A stretch of 64,000 bases of DNA from Tachypleus tridentatus (Eukaryota). The stretch's first letter is position 1. Every line of letters begins with the position of its first letter. The notes under the pieces were generated by a model that worked only from the letters and a program-made list of their open reading frames with translations, made no database searches and was not told the origin of the DNA. This document shows, piece after piece, positions 50,384 through 62,760 of this stretch. The DNA is taken from contig NC_134837.1 of NCBI RefSeq assembly GCF_004210375.1, positions 230,313,567 to 230,377,566 on the forward strand. The letters run 5' to 3'. The position numbers were made by a program, and so were the translations under genes.

Positions 50384-52262
50384 AACTAATGTGTTGGTCA
50401 AAACACAGGTATAACTTACTCGCATCATCGTACAATATATACGTCCCAAGAAGTCCCAATGCAAGAACCAATGTTAGAGTTAGACTACCATCATTTATGC
50501 ATGTTATCTCGTACATGTAGTTAGAAGAGTGTCTCTTTAATCACATCAGGCTTGTAATCACGTATGAGAACAATGTCAGTATTAAACTGGCCAAACTGTT
50601 CATTTCACTCAGAGTTCCTTTTACATAAATAGATCAATCAATCTCTGAGCAGCTCCACTAGAACCCGACATTTCATCTCTCTTCCATTTTGCTTTACCAG
50701 CACATACTAAATGTTGTCCATCTTATTAAAAACTAAACTAACCACGGAACAATTTGATGCAAACTGTCTTCTGTGTTATCCCAAGGTGGTGGCTTAACGT
50801 GTTTTAAGCTCTGTTAGTTTACAGGAACCAAAGTGAAAGTAAATACAGCTTACTAATGACTCTCTTGATATACATTTGGATAACGTTGATAGTCTCACAT
50901 ACCTGGTCATGATGAAAATATGGTAACTCACCTTAAAGTAACCTAGTTACTCTCACCAAAACATACACTTTTGTTCTTCCTTTGAGAGTGACATTTAGGC
51001 AAATGCATCACCGGCCGTCACTATGACATAAGTCACACACAGTTGGTGAGCCAGAGAAGCTTTGCCGATTGCCATGACTGTATTCCAGATCAAGAGTTGC
51101 GCCTCATTAGAGTCAATGGTTGGACCACCATAAAATCAAGATTGTTTCATTACTTGTTTCTCAGTCTAATCAGTAAAAGTTCATACTTAATTTAAACACT
51201 TGAGGAAATTTACCAAGTCTCTTTTTGCCACACTGTTAAATCGGTGGCTGCCACATAACCATTTTTAAGCAAACAGTGAGATAGGAATACCCAGCAGCCC
51301 CTACAGTTGAATGAGAATTAGGTTCTTGCCATGAATGGGGAAATCAGTGTAAGTTTATCATGATCCTATGTCTGTACGTGGTAAATGGTTGCCCTATTAG
51401 TACACCTCACATCAAATAGAAGCTCACAACTGTCCTATGGATCACCATTTTTACAGCTGTTGCTTGTTAACTCACTTACCAAAAAAATATATCAAATTGG
51501 TGGGCATCATTCACCAGCATCACCCTAAGTTTCTCTTGACTAGGTTTGGGTGGCCTTGCCCATAGCTAGAGTTGGGCTACTCTGGTTGCTAAAGGCCTGG
51601 GAATCATGCAGAAACTACCTGCATTCGGTCTCTGACTCGCTTAACTTGAACTTATTGCAATAACCTTTAGACAAGACATGCTTTCTATGCAGTAAGATCA
51701 ACACTTTCAGGAAGATAGAACTTTATCGACAGTTTTCCGAATGCATCAGATTTGTTCAAAAGTGAAGCCACTTCGTGGCTTCAGGAGAGGAATTTTAGGA
51801 GACTTCACTTCTCTCTCTAAATATTCCCCTTGGTTATAGCCCTTAGACTGAGGAATATAGAAGATTCTGAAAAATCAAACCTTTAAAAACTTAATAGTAC
51901 AAGAGATCAAGAAGACAACAGTGAAATACACCATCCAGAGATGCCAAGGTTTGTTAATTGTCAGTATAATTTTTTTACATGCGTGTATCTAAAGCAATTT
52001 TATGACAAAGGCAAAAATGTGTGATATAGCTGAACGTGATTGTGGTGACTAGACTTTTTAATGATGTAAAATGGCGCATTCTAGTGCATTTTAAAGAATT
52101 AGGGTGACACAGTATGAAGACTCAAGAATTTAATGTATCATGTCATCCCTTAAGTAATGTCACATTCTAGGTTCAGAAAAAGAGAAAGGATTTCAAACTC
52201 TTTAATGTTATTTAATCAACAATGTATGTTCTAATATTATTAGTTACTTCCTGCTAACGATT

Positions 52263-53227
52263 CACAAGCTTCTGTAAAATTCTTCGAGTTTGAAGGAAAA
52301 TAATGTAGAGAGGGTAGTTTTGACATCTTCACGTGTTCCAAGCTTTTTTCCATCAAGATAGTTCTGCAAACTTCGGAATAGATGATAATCAGATGGGGCA
52401 AGGTCTGAAATATAAGGAGGATGTGGAAGTTTTTCTCAGTCTAACTCTTCAATCTTTGCAGATGTGATCCTTGCTGTCTGGAGCCGTGCATTTTCCTGGT
52501 GTAACACAACACCTTTACGATTGATCAAAGCAGGTCTCTTTTCTTTCAGTGCATCATTCAGGCGCTCTAACTGTTGACAATGGAAGTCTGATGTAATCGT
52601 TACATTGAGTGGCAGCAACTCAAAGTAGATCACACCAACAATATCCCACTAAACGCTTAACAAGACTTTCATAGGGTGGAGGTCCATTTTCGGCTGTGCT
52701 TTAGCCAGTTTACCAACACTAAACCATTGTTTGCGGCTCTTAACATTTTATAAAATATCCATTTTTCATCTCCAGTCACTAACCTATCCAAAAAAGGTGA
52801 GTTACATTCAAGAGAGTGCAGAGAAGTGCAAAGGTCCACTCTTGCTCTAAGGTTGGTTTCTGTCAAATCATGGGGGACCCATTTTCCAAGTTTTGACAAC
52901 TTTCCAAGCTGTTGCAGATGACGGTGAACTGTTGAATGGGTTGAATTAAGCTTCTCTGCTAGTTCTCTTACTGTTACAGCACAATCTTCATCAAGTGCAG
53001 CTAGCAGCAAGTCATCATTAAACCCGACAAGACGACCTGAACGTGACGCGTCACTTGAGCTGTAGTCACCTAATCTGAACTTCTAAAACCACCTTCGACA
53101 TTTTCATTCATTGAGAGACTCCACATCATAAACACCTTCAATGTTTCGTGTAGCTTCTGCTACACTATTGCTTTTTTTAAACTCGTAAAGTATTATATAC
53201 TTAATGTGCTCTTCAGACATAACCATC
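52263..53227 (-). pseudogene. mariner transposase pseudogene (Hsmar1 / cecropia-subfamily-like).
   Basis: The minus strand reads MKMVMSEEHIKYIILYEFKKSNSVAEATRNIEGVYDVESLNE*, then ...VTGDEKWIFY..., ...CQQLERLNDALKEKRPALINRKGVVLHQENARLQTA and ...SDLAPSDYHLFRSLQNYLDGKK...EEFYRSL*. The Hsmar1 motifs MVMSEEHIRYIL, TGDEKW, FHQDNARPHT and SPDLAPSDYHLF are recognisable, with D-to-E in the DDD motif plus stops and frameshifts. Confidence 0.8.
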
Positions 53228-53687
53228 TTCATAGGGGGTTATTTGATTAATGATCTGAGAAAGTGAAGTTGGGATAGTTCCTTTTATTTGTCTGAATATT
53301 TTTATACACGTTGTACTACATATTTTAGTCATTAAAGCCTTCTACAAAGACAGAAATGATTTTCGGACATTACTTATGAGATGGCTGATACTTGAATGAA
53401 AAACGAGAAAAATATACCTTGTGATACAAAATGGCATTAGTGCACAAAAATAAATCTTGAAAATTCACTCACAAATAACAAAACTTTACAACTCGAGCAC
53501 AACAACTAATCATTTGGTCTTTTAAGGCTTTCTTGCATATCCACACTTTAGAAAATTAAAACACTATTCCCAATAGTTATTTTTCCAGAAATCGTAGATT
53601 ATCTTCTTAAACTTCTGTAAAATTCGGCTCTCTATTACTGCTGACGACAACTTGTTTCATAGGCTTTAACGTTGTTGGAAACATAAA

Positions 53688-53812
53688 AGTGGCTCAGCGG
53701 TATGTCTGCGGACTTACAACGCTAAAAAAACCGGGTTTCGATACCCGTGGTGGGCAGAGCACAGATAGCCCATTGTGTAGCTTTGTGCTTAATTCAAAAC
53801 AACAACAACAAA
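53688..53812 (+). mobile_element. SINE-C copy.
   Basis: It contains agtggctcagcggtatgtctgcggacttacaacgctaaaaaaaccgggtttcgatacccgtggtgggcagagcacagatagcccattgtgtagctttgtgcttaattcaaaacaacaacaacaaatc. Confidence 0.85.
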
Positions 53813-53927
53813 TCTTAATCTGAAAATTATGCAGTCTTTTAGAAATCTTGAGAGGCTAGTTGCCTATTGACAAATATCTACATTCAAAATAACGCAAGTA
53901 GTTTAGTTGCTCTGAGTTTTTCTTTTT

Positions 53928-54028
53928 CTTTTTTGTTTGTTGTTTAATACAAAGTTACACAATGGACTATCTTTACTGTGATGACCATGGGTATGGAAAC
54001 CACCAGACTTCCCTTTGAGCCAATGGGG
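53928..54028 (-). mobile_element. SINE-C diverged copy.
   Basis: It contains ttgtttgttgtttaatacaaagttacacaatggactatctttactgtgatgaccatgggtatggaaaccaccagacttccc. Confidence 0.5.
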
Positions 54029-54093
54029 GCACATTTTTGCATCAAAATATGAGTGCAATTTGCTAATACTGGTATATAAGTTTAACACTCCTA

Positions 54094-54135
54094 CGAAAAT
54101 TGGGGCCTAATAGGCCCCATAGCAACTTGAAAGGT
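54094..54135 (+). repeat. Extra solo copy of the piggyBac-like end unit (palindrome GGGGCCTAATAGGCCCC plus following bases), ~135 bp upstream of the element's left inverted repeat.
   Basis: The sequence gaaaattggggcctaataggccccatagcaacttgaaagg resembles the right end gaaaaatatatggggcctgataggccccaaaatcactttagtgg and has the same orientation as the right end. Confidence 0.45.
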
Positions 54136-54270
54136 TATTAATATTAGGCTAATAATTTTGTATTTAAATGAAATTGCCATTAACTGACCCTATCCCTTTA
54201 TATTTTAAGGAGCAATAATATTTTGACTTTTCAGACATTTGCGAAATAATATTTAAATTTTTTTTTAAAA

Positions 54271-56317
54271 CATCCACTAAGGGTATTTTGGCGCCTATTA
54301 GGCTCCAGATCAAAAAACATAAAAATGACTTTATTTATTTCCTGAATAATTCTAGAACAGGCCTGGGCAACCGAAAAAAGCAAATTATAGTAAAAATATA
54401 TTAATTTTACAACTTCTTTTCAAAAGATGGATATTTAGGATAATAACTCCACTCCAACAATAATTTTAGACGGTCCTGATTATTGCCTAGTTTGCCCACG
54501 CCTGTTATAGAACATTCTAGAAACTTTACAGAAGTATTTAGAATAATCTAAAATATTCTTGAAACTTCTAGAATATTCTAGAAGAATCCACAAATCCTAT
54601 ATACAAATCATGTATATAGGAGCTGAAACCTTCAAACCGTGTCAAAAATGATATCTCTTGATGAAGCTGTACATTTACTGACAAAACCATCCGACGATGA
54701 AAGTGAACATGATAATGTCGAAGACTACTCTGAAAGTTGTGATGATGATCCTTCTGAAGCCGAAAAAGATGAACAAATCGCGCCGTACCCTTCTGAAAGT
54801 GAAGAAAGTAATCAAGACGATCTTATTACGATGCCAGTGAACGAACTTTTGTCCAAAGATAAGAATTTTAGTTATTCAACAACACCTTCAAGGATTAACA
54901 GGAGAACCGCAGCTCTCAATATATTCAATGGGAACCCAAGCATTACAAGGTAAGCTGCTCCAAGAGTCTCTACACCATTCGAAACATTCAAAATTTTCAT
55001 TTCTGATAATATGATGGAACAGATCATTCACTCAACAAACACCGTCATGAAAGAACCAATTTTTGAAGAAGACCTCTGGAAATGGATCGCAGCTAATCTT
55101 TTCCTTGGAATAAGCAAATCCAAAAATGCATCGATAGACGAAATGTTTTCAACCGAATTCGGTTTGCCATTTTTTGCGAAAACTGATTACACAAGACAAA
55201 TTCAAAAAAATGTGCTTAAAAATCAGATTTGATATCCACTCTCAAAGAATTAGAGAAATCAAAGATGCCGCCATCTCCGGAGTCTGGAATTTTTTCATTG
55301 AAAATTGCAAAAACAGTTACAACCCAAGCGAATACCTGACAGTGGATGAACAACTATGTAACTTCAAAGGAAGAGTTGGCTTCAGAACATACATTCCGAC
55401 AAAGCCAGGCAAATACGGAATAAAGATTTGGTGCCTAACAGATGCAAAGACAAGTTACCTCCTCAACGCTCAAATTTATACTGGAAAGGTTGGAAATACG
55501 ACAGAAACAAATCAAGGAGAAAGAATAGTCAGTGAACTGAATCAGCCATTTCTTGGAAAAGGAAGGACAATAACGACAGATAATTTCTTCACAACAATGA
55601 CACTTGCCAAGTACCTACGAACAAAAAAGAACAGGACTTGTTGGAACCATACGGAAATCAAGAACCTTCCTGCCTCCTGAAATAAATGCAAAATCTGGAG
55701 AGTTATCACCAAAGTTTTTCTACCATGACGACATCACTCTTCTCAGGCACTCAGACAAACCAGGAAAATATGTGCTACTACTGAGTTCTCAGCATCAGTC
55801 TGGTGAAGTAGAAGAGAATGGAAAGCCCGAAATCGTCAATCTTTACAATGCAACGAAGGCAGGTGTCGACACTCTCGATCAACTGGTGAGATATTATACA
55901 ACAAAGAGGCGATCAAAGCGCTGGTCAGTCTGCATATTCTATAACATTCTAGATCTTGCTGCGTACAATGCTTTCGTTCTATACTCGACAAAACATCCAG
56001 AATTTCTTCGTCAACATAAATCAAGAGCCAGAAGAGAATTTATACGGCAATTGGTGCTTGAAATCAAAGAAATTTACTGCAAAGATAATGACAAAACAAC
56101 CTCATGTGAACCGCCTGCAAAGAGGGCAAAAAGAGGACGATGCCATTTGTGCGGCAGATCAAAAGATAGACAGTCGAAAATTGTTTGCTCAAATTGTAAA
56201 AAAAAATGTTTGTCAGAGCCATTCTAAAGTTGTTTGTAATGAATGTTGCTAAATCACTGTGTTTCTATTGGAAAAATATATGGGGCCTGATAGGCCCCAA
56301 AATCACTTTAGTGGATG
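54271..56317 (+). mobile_element. piggyBac-like DNA transposon (~2.05 kb) with 36-bp terminal inverted repeats and a decayed transposase.
   Basis: The + strand at 54271-54306 (catccactaagggtattttggcgcctattaggctcc) equals the reverse complement of 56282-56317 (ggggcctgataggccccaaaatcactttagtggatg) with about 5 mismatches. The left flank is ...tTTAAaa| and the right is |tAAAta, an eroded TTAA. The transposase ORF lies in between. Confidence 0.6.
54639..56227 (+). pseudogene. piggyBac transposase pseudogene (DDE/RNase-H-like domain plus C-terminal Cys-rich domain).
   Basis: The following segments align to T. ni piggyBac transposase. SRINRRTAALNIFNGNPSITR aligns with STRRSRVSALNIVRSQRGPTR. WNFFIENCKNSYNPSEYLTVDEQLCNFKGRVGFRTYIPTKPGKYGIKIWCLTDAKTSYL aligns with WDLFIHQCIQNYTPGAHLTIDEQLLGFRGRCPFRMYIPNKPSKYGIKILMMCDSGTKYM. 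VNLYNATKAGVDTLDQL and RW are also shared. The C-terminal CHLCGRSKDRQSKIVCSNCKKKC matches the piggyBac Cys-rich domain. There is an in-frame TAA at 54951-54953 and frameshifts near 55200 and 55640. Confidence 0.9.
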
Positions 56318-56403
56318 TAAATATTTTTTTCGTAGAAGTGTTAAACAAGCTGAAAACATAACTCGATAGATAAATGCTATTTTAATAAAAGTGAATTGTG
56401 ATT

Positions 56404-56524
56404 GTTTGTTAGCTTGTTTTAAAGTAAAGCCACATTAAACTCTCTGTTATGTTAATTTCGGGTAATCCAACTCCTGATTTTAGCGTTGTAAATCCGTAGA
56501 CTTACCCCTGTACTAGCAGGGGGC
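56404..56524 (-). mobile_element. SINE-B copy, diverged.
   Basis: It contains aaagtaaagccacattaaactctctg...tgattttagcgttgtaaatccgtagacttacccctgtactagcagggggc. Confidence 0.7.
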
Positions 56525-56620
56525 TTTCTTTAAGAAACTTAGAAGTTCACTGGTTACTGTCCTTGATGAGAACATGGTGAGTTTTATGCTATAAAAAAAA
56601 CAGAAACATACACATTTGCC

Positions 56621-56739
56621 CCCAGTGGCTCAGCGATATGTCTGCAGACGTACAACGCTAAAAACCGGGTTTCGATACCCATGGTGGGCAGAGCACAGAT
56701 AGCCCATTGTTTAGCTTTGTGCTTAATTCAAAACAACAA
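56621..56739 (+). mobile_element. SINE-C copy.
   Basis: It contains cccagtggctcagcgatatgtctgcagacgtacaacgctaaaaaccgggtttcgatacccatggtgggcagagcacagatagcccattgtttagctttgtgcttaattcaaaacaacaa. Confidence 0.85.
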
Positions 56740-56749
56740 TCCCTTTTGC

Positions 56750-56868
56750 CTCCTGCCAGTACAGCGGTAAGACTACGGATTTACAATGCTAAAATCAGGG
56801 GTTCGATTCCCCTCGGTGGGCTCAGCAGATAACTCAATGTGGCTTTGCTATAAGAAACACACACACAC
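56750..56868 (+). mobile_element. SINE-B copy.
   Basis: It contains ccagtacagcggtaagactacggatttacaatgctaaaatcaggggttcgattcccctcggtgggctcagcagataactcaatgtggctttgctataagaaacacacacacac. Confidence 0.8.
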
Positions 56869-58495
56869 TTAAAGAAAAAAATGGGGGTTAAGAATGTGTA
56901 ACCGACTGCATTTTCAATTTTATGGAGTTACGTCTCTGCCTATAACATAAAAATATGGAAACCACCACAACCGAAACTCCGGGCCTATAGAAAATAAAAT
57001 ATCGTAATAAAGAATATATATATAATACGTTAATGAGTTTTAAACACAACTATTTTCTTGTTTAGAAAAAAAATCCAAAAATAGAGTATTTATATTGCTT
57101 TGACATCTGGTGATTTTTATGTCATTACTGCTTTCTGTTACTGCTAGTTCAGTGGTACGTTGCGCATTTAAGTGTTGTTTTGCAACGAAGGATAGGAAAG
57201 TAATGGTCGATAATTTTGAATTATATATATGTTGCACTTCAGCTTAACATTGGGTAATTTCTCATTAAGATCATTCTAAAGAATAACTTTAGTATTTATA
57301 TTTATGTGTGTGTGTAATTATTATTATTATAAAATATATTATATTATATATACTACCTGCATCTTAATTTTCTATTTATTGTGTTCGTTTTTGTAGAATT
57401 GTAATTTCTTTAGTGTCGTTTGTCATACACAGGTACAGAGATTACAACCAAAAACTGGATTACACGTAAAGTTTACGTGTGGTTGAAATATAATAAACTA
57501 AAACTTAACGTCTAGGCTATGTATGAAATAAACAGAAACAAACAACAGTAAATAGTATAAAATTGAAAGATGTATTTTGGGCTGCTGTGACTGTTGCCAG
57601 TGTTGGTATTACTGCACAGTTTATAAGTATTGAATGATTTTAACGAACATCAAGTGCTCAATTTGAGCTTATTCTTCAGTGTCTTACAGTTGAATGTTAG
57701 CACACTGATCTTGCTAATCACAGTGTTTGTCAGACATACATGACATGCTAGTTATAGAGAAAACTGAAATATTGATGGTCATAAGTTAAAGATGTAGTGT
57801 CAAATATATATATAAAAATGGCTAGCTTGGGTTGAGAAAATTTTTATGTAGGGGATATTTTTCTCTACAAGCGGGTTTTCTCGTCATCACTGATCGTAGT
57901 GTAGAATATTTGACAATAACTCCAACAAGCAACAATTTAGAAATTATTTTTTGTATGGACATATAATTTATATGTTTGAAGTAAAGAATTTACTCCACAT
58001 GATTTCAATTATACATCTAAGAAACTATGTGGTAAATCTCATTTATTTTAACTTTTAGGCCAGAGGCATTAAAGTGAAGTTCACAAACATACCAGACATT
58101 TGTACTGTATTTAGAATTTTACTCAGGATTTCTTCACAATAATAAGCTGTTGACGTTAATGACATGAATTTTTAGTGAAACAACAATGATGAATCTAAGA
58201 TTTTATATTAAGTGTTTCTGCCATGACTGTTTTTAATGTGTCTGGAGAACTGTAGAGTTGGTAGAGAATAAGTGTGGATTTCCCCCACTCTTTTAAAAAC
58301 TTTGAGAAGTGGAATAGATTTGAATCATTCAATATTAATTCCATAATAGTAAGTAAAGATATGAAAAATAAATAAAACAAGGTTTTTCTAAGGTCTTAAA
58401 GATGTTCAGAGTTCAAATGTATGAGCCTCTTTGTTGAATTTGTGGTAGATCCGTAGATAGTGAGTGCATGCTTGAGCATTGGAAAACTGTTAATG

Positions 58496-58790
58496 TTACC
58501 ACCCACTGTTATTAAAATGGGTGATAAGAATTGACTGGGAAATTAATCGTACTTCTGTAGTGAGAAAAAATTTAAATCCTTTAAAAGAATCTATAAAATT
58601 ACACAATAGAGCATGAATGTTTAAATCAAACTGTGTGTAAAAAAATTCCTTCACCCATATCGTAAACTCATTTTTAGCCTTATTGATTACTTTGAATAGT
58701 GGGTGCCACGAGACTATATCACATTTACGTAGTGCATGTTGAACAATAGGTTTTTCTTTAATGAAACAGAATGATGCATTTTGGTACATT
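58496..58790 (-). pseudogene. mariner-like transposase N-terminal (HTH) fragment.
   Basis: It reads KMYQNASFCFIKEKPIVQHALRKCDIVSWHPLFKVINKAKNEFTIWVKEFF, against Mos1-type KEFRVLIKYCFLKGKNTVEAKTWLD...TIIDWYAKFKRGE. Confidence 0.3.
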
Positions 58791-61700
58791 TTAGGGGACT
58801 GAAGTGATGCAGGATGAAGATTCAAAGGTTTAATATAGTTGATTCAAAAACAGATAAAATTACATTGTTATATAAAGTGGCATTAATATTATTTTAAACA
58901 TTTTTCCTGTGCAAAATCATAGTGAAATATATAAAATAGAGCCCATATGTCTTACAAATTTGCTACCTTTCTCATAAGAGTGTAAGTTGTTATGTAGACC
59001 AGTATTTCTCAGTCTTTGGCACTTTGAGGTCCACTTAGTTATTAGGAATAATATAAAGCCTACTTATTTAGTTGATAACTCTTTATGGCAGCTCATCAAT
59101 GGGCTTCAGTATAGAATGTTAGCTAACTGTATTTGGAATTTCAAAAAGGTATTGATAAGACAATGTAGAGAGGATTACAAAAATCAAATTGATATAGGGT
59201 TCAGGAAAGAGTAATTGGATGGGTAGGATGGGTGAGCAAGAGAAAGTGGCAAAGTTTCTATTATTAATGGACTCCAGTCAACCTCAACATTTATTGTAAA
59301 ATAACATGAACTATGGATAATAATCCATCATGTGATCCTTCCATGCTTTCTTTGCATGCCAATTCTTGGGAAGTGTAAAAATTTTAAACATCTGTCTATT
59401 TTTTAGTTAGTTGTTTTTTCTCAAGTTAAACTACTTTGGAATGTTGACTTCCATATTTGCTGATGGCAACTAATTCCATAAGCTAATCACTGAAAAATCA
59501 AACAAATTAGCTTGAATGAATTATTATAGTGGTTGTTCAAACAATGAAGAGGTGACATAAATGAACTGGGTGGTTTTCTGTTGCCTTTCTTTTTTACATT
59601 TTCAATTTATTATCAAGCTCTGCAACTTTAGTAATATACATGTATTTGCAAAATTTATCACAGTAAGAAATATGGCATTGGATTTTAAATTTAAGTAAAA
59701 AAAAATTCTATTTTAGGTATTCTAGAGATGTAACTAAACTCAGCATGATATAAAATGTTTTTTAATATAACCACCATATATAATCTGGAACAATTAATAT
59801 TTCTTGTATGCCGTTTTATGCGTTGAACAATTGTCTGTTTTCAAAATACTTAAAAAAGTAGATATGCATTTACTGTGTTTGTCTTTAAGTCATAAAGACC
59901 AGCTTATATTCCTTAATATGTGGTGAGCTTGAGTAATTTTATATGTAAGCAAGGTCAAATGTAAGGTTTATTGAACTAGTACACCACTATTATTGATGTG
60001 TTTAATTACTTAAAAAAGTTGTTTTATGGTTTGAATGAGATCATTAAAATTCATTTGAAAACTACAAACTGGTGCAGTGAACTATAAAGCCTACTTACAG
60101 AAACAAAACATATTTCATTATGCATATAGCAATTAAATAATTTATGATAAACTGAAAATGTGTCTAGGGAGACAAAATGTATACATTTTATAATAAATAA
60201 AAACAAAGTTGTCCATTTTTATTACTTTATATATCTGTAATTAAGCTCCCATTGCATTTAGTTAGAAGTAAATGTGACTATATAATTGTTTTGTGTGTAA
60301 GATAAAGATGCGTTTTCATTATAGACACTGTGGTTATCGAAATAGTATCATTATGCAATTTATAAAAAAAATACTTCTTTACTAACTGGATCCTTGATAA
60401 AGACCCAATCTATATTGCTAAAGTGTGCAATTAACTATAATATAGAAAGTCTGTTTCATGGTTGAAAGTTATTGTAGGTATGGTAATGATCTAGTCTAAG
60501 ACTTGATTTGTGATAGATATATTTTATGTACATGCATAGGGTGTCATTAGCTTTATAGTAAACTTCCATAAAAATAATTATTCAACATGAAATCAGTGCT
60601 ATGAACTGAAGTAACAAAATGTCCAGTGGAGAACCCCAGTGATTATTTCTATGATAGAAGTCCAAAGTTATTCTTAAGTATAAAAACAACAAGGTTATGA
60701 AAATAGAAAAAATTCCCTATCTGTTAACATGGAGAATGATTTTTCACACTATTTTTGTTCTTTAACTCAATCAAAAGTGATTGCATTTTGATGAAACTTG
60801 GTAGATCTGTGTAGAATATTGTATTACTAAAAGTGGCCCATGTCTGATAGTGACAAACATACTGACACATTTTCATATTCTTTGATAGCCAGATATGATA
60901 AATGCTGTGAGGTGGAGGTATGTTCTCTACTTATTAATTTTACTGGAATCCATACCAAATTATAGAATACTACCTTTTTTGTATATAATTTGTCATTACT
61001 TATTAATAACTTCTGATCAAAAACTGATCTCTGCTAATTAGATTAGTAAAATAACTTGTAAATTAGATGCTATATTTATATATAAATTAACTATAATTGA
61101 GTGCAAATGTGAAATATTTGAATCAGTATATCAGAAATAATAAAAAAAAAATAATAATGGGTTTGGTGGTCCATCTAGACCATTCAATTCACTAATTTAA
61201 ACTGAAAAATAAACAAGCCATTATCATTTAAAAATATTTATAAAACATTCCTTTAAACTCCTTTAAGTTTATTACATCCTCTACATTTGAATGAAACCTA
61301 TTACAAAGGCCAACTACCATTTACAGAAATTAGACTGTTTCAGCTGAAAATGATATGTTGCCCATTATATTTGTTTCCTAATTCTACCATTCTCATCATT
61401 AGGTACAAAGCAAAGATGTAGTATGAACACTGTGAATATGCTTAATTTAAAAGCTTGTATTAGATCTCTGTAATCTACTTTTTAAGTGGGTATTACAGAG
61501 ATTTTATTCTAATCTTGTATGACAAGTTTTCCATCAAGTGTCCCCTCAGTGTCAATTCCTGTATGTGATGAGGGGAGCGCCAAGGTAAGTGTCTCTTCTT
61601 TCAGTTTACCTCCTCTGGATTCTAAACATCCACCCACATGTTTGCCATGCATGGTGAACTGTGAAAGCCTTGAATTCTTGTAGACAGGCAGCCTTGGGGT

Positions 61701-62019
61701 GGCACCCCTTGGGTCATTCGGCTGGTCCACTTCAGCAAAGGTCAACCAAGAACCAGTGTTGGATGTTCTCAACAGGTGTTGTGGACATTGTACCTGATTC
61801 TGGTGTTTTGGTATACTACTCACAAAATCCTGGCATTGCTGCAGTGTCCTTGTTTGGCATTGTAGTGTGTCCCCTCATAAGGGTCCATGGTGGGTGGGGT
61901 CAATTGGCACTGAAATATTCTTTTTTTTTATGGGTCCTCCAAATAAAAACTTAAATAGTGAAAAAATAGTCCAAAGGTAAACAACCACATCTTGAAGATT
62001 CTGAGCAGCAATCTTCAAC

Positions 62020-62760
62020 ACATGTAACACTTGTTGTATCTCATTTTCTTATACTACCTTCTCCTTCAGACAAACCTTTAGGACAGATGTCTCCATTTTT
62101 CATTCAGAATGGACAACAGGGACTTGCTGGCTCTCCAAAGTCAGTAAAAAAGTTTCACTCTGGTGACATATTGGTGGAAACATCCACATCTCAAAACAGT
62201 GAACTCCTCTTGCATTAAAAGGCAATTGGGGATATACGTATTGAGCTAAACCTCATGCTACTCTGAATTCGTCATGAGGAGCTATTGTTGAGAGGGATTT
62301 GAAGAACATTCTCGAGTCAGAGATTCTTGTTAGATTCTTCACTCAAGTGAGTCATATCTCCACTCGCAAAGATGGAATTAGGATGCCAACCAATGTTGTC
62401 ATTCTGACATTTACATCACAATGACCACCTACCACCATCAAGGCAGGTTATCTTAATTTCAAGGTATAGCCATACATTCCAAACCCTCTCAGATGTTTCC
62501 AGTGTCAGCAGTTTCGTCACTCAAAGATATCATGTGGTGGTTCATTGATGTGTGCTTGTTGTGGTGGCAAGGATTACAATGCCTGTGAGTATGAAATGGA
62601 CCCTCATTGTGTCAATTGCAATGACTCTCACCCATCCTACTTTCATTTTTGCTGTAAGTGGTTGGAAGAAAAAGAGGTTGAATCATTTGAAAACGATTCA
62701 AAACATTACTTACCCTGAAGCTCAAAAGTTGCTGTCCACCACTTCATCTCAGAAGTATGC
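62020..62760 (+). pseudogene. LINE ORF1 (gag-like, CCHC zinc knuckles) remnant with stops and frameshifts.
   Basis: As above. The hallmark YIPNPLRCFQCQQFRHSKISC is followed by a second knuckle PHCVNCNDSHPSY. Confidence 0.6.

Noticed and set aside
54949-55023. An apparent 75-bp intron (AAG|gtaagc ... aacag|A) in the piggyBac transposase.
   Set aside because: The intron sequence itself translates in frame to residues that align to T. ni piggyBac (FETFKIFISDNMMEQIIHSTN aligns with LLCFKLFFTDEIISEIVKWTN). The TAA is therefore a nonsense mutation and the splice-like motifs are coincidental.
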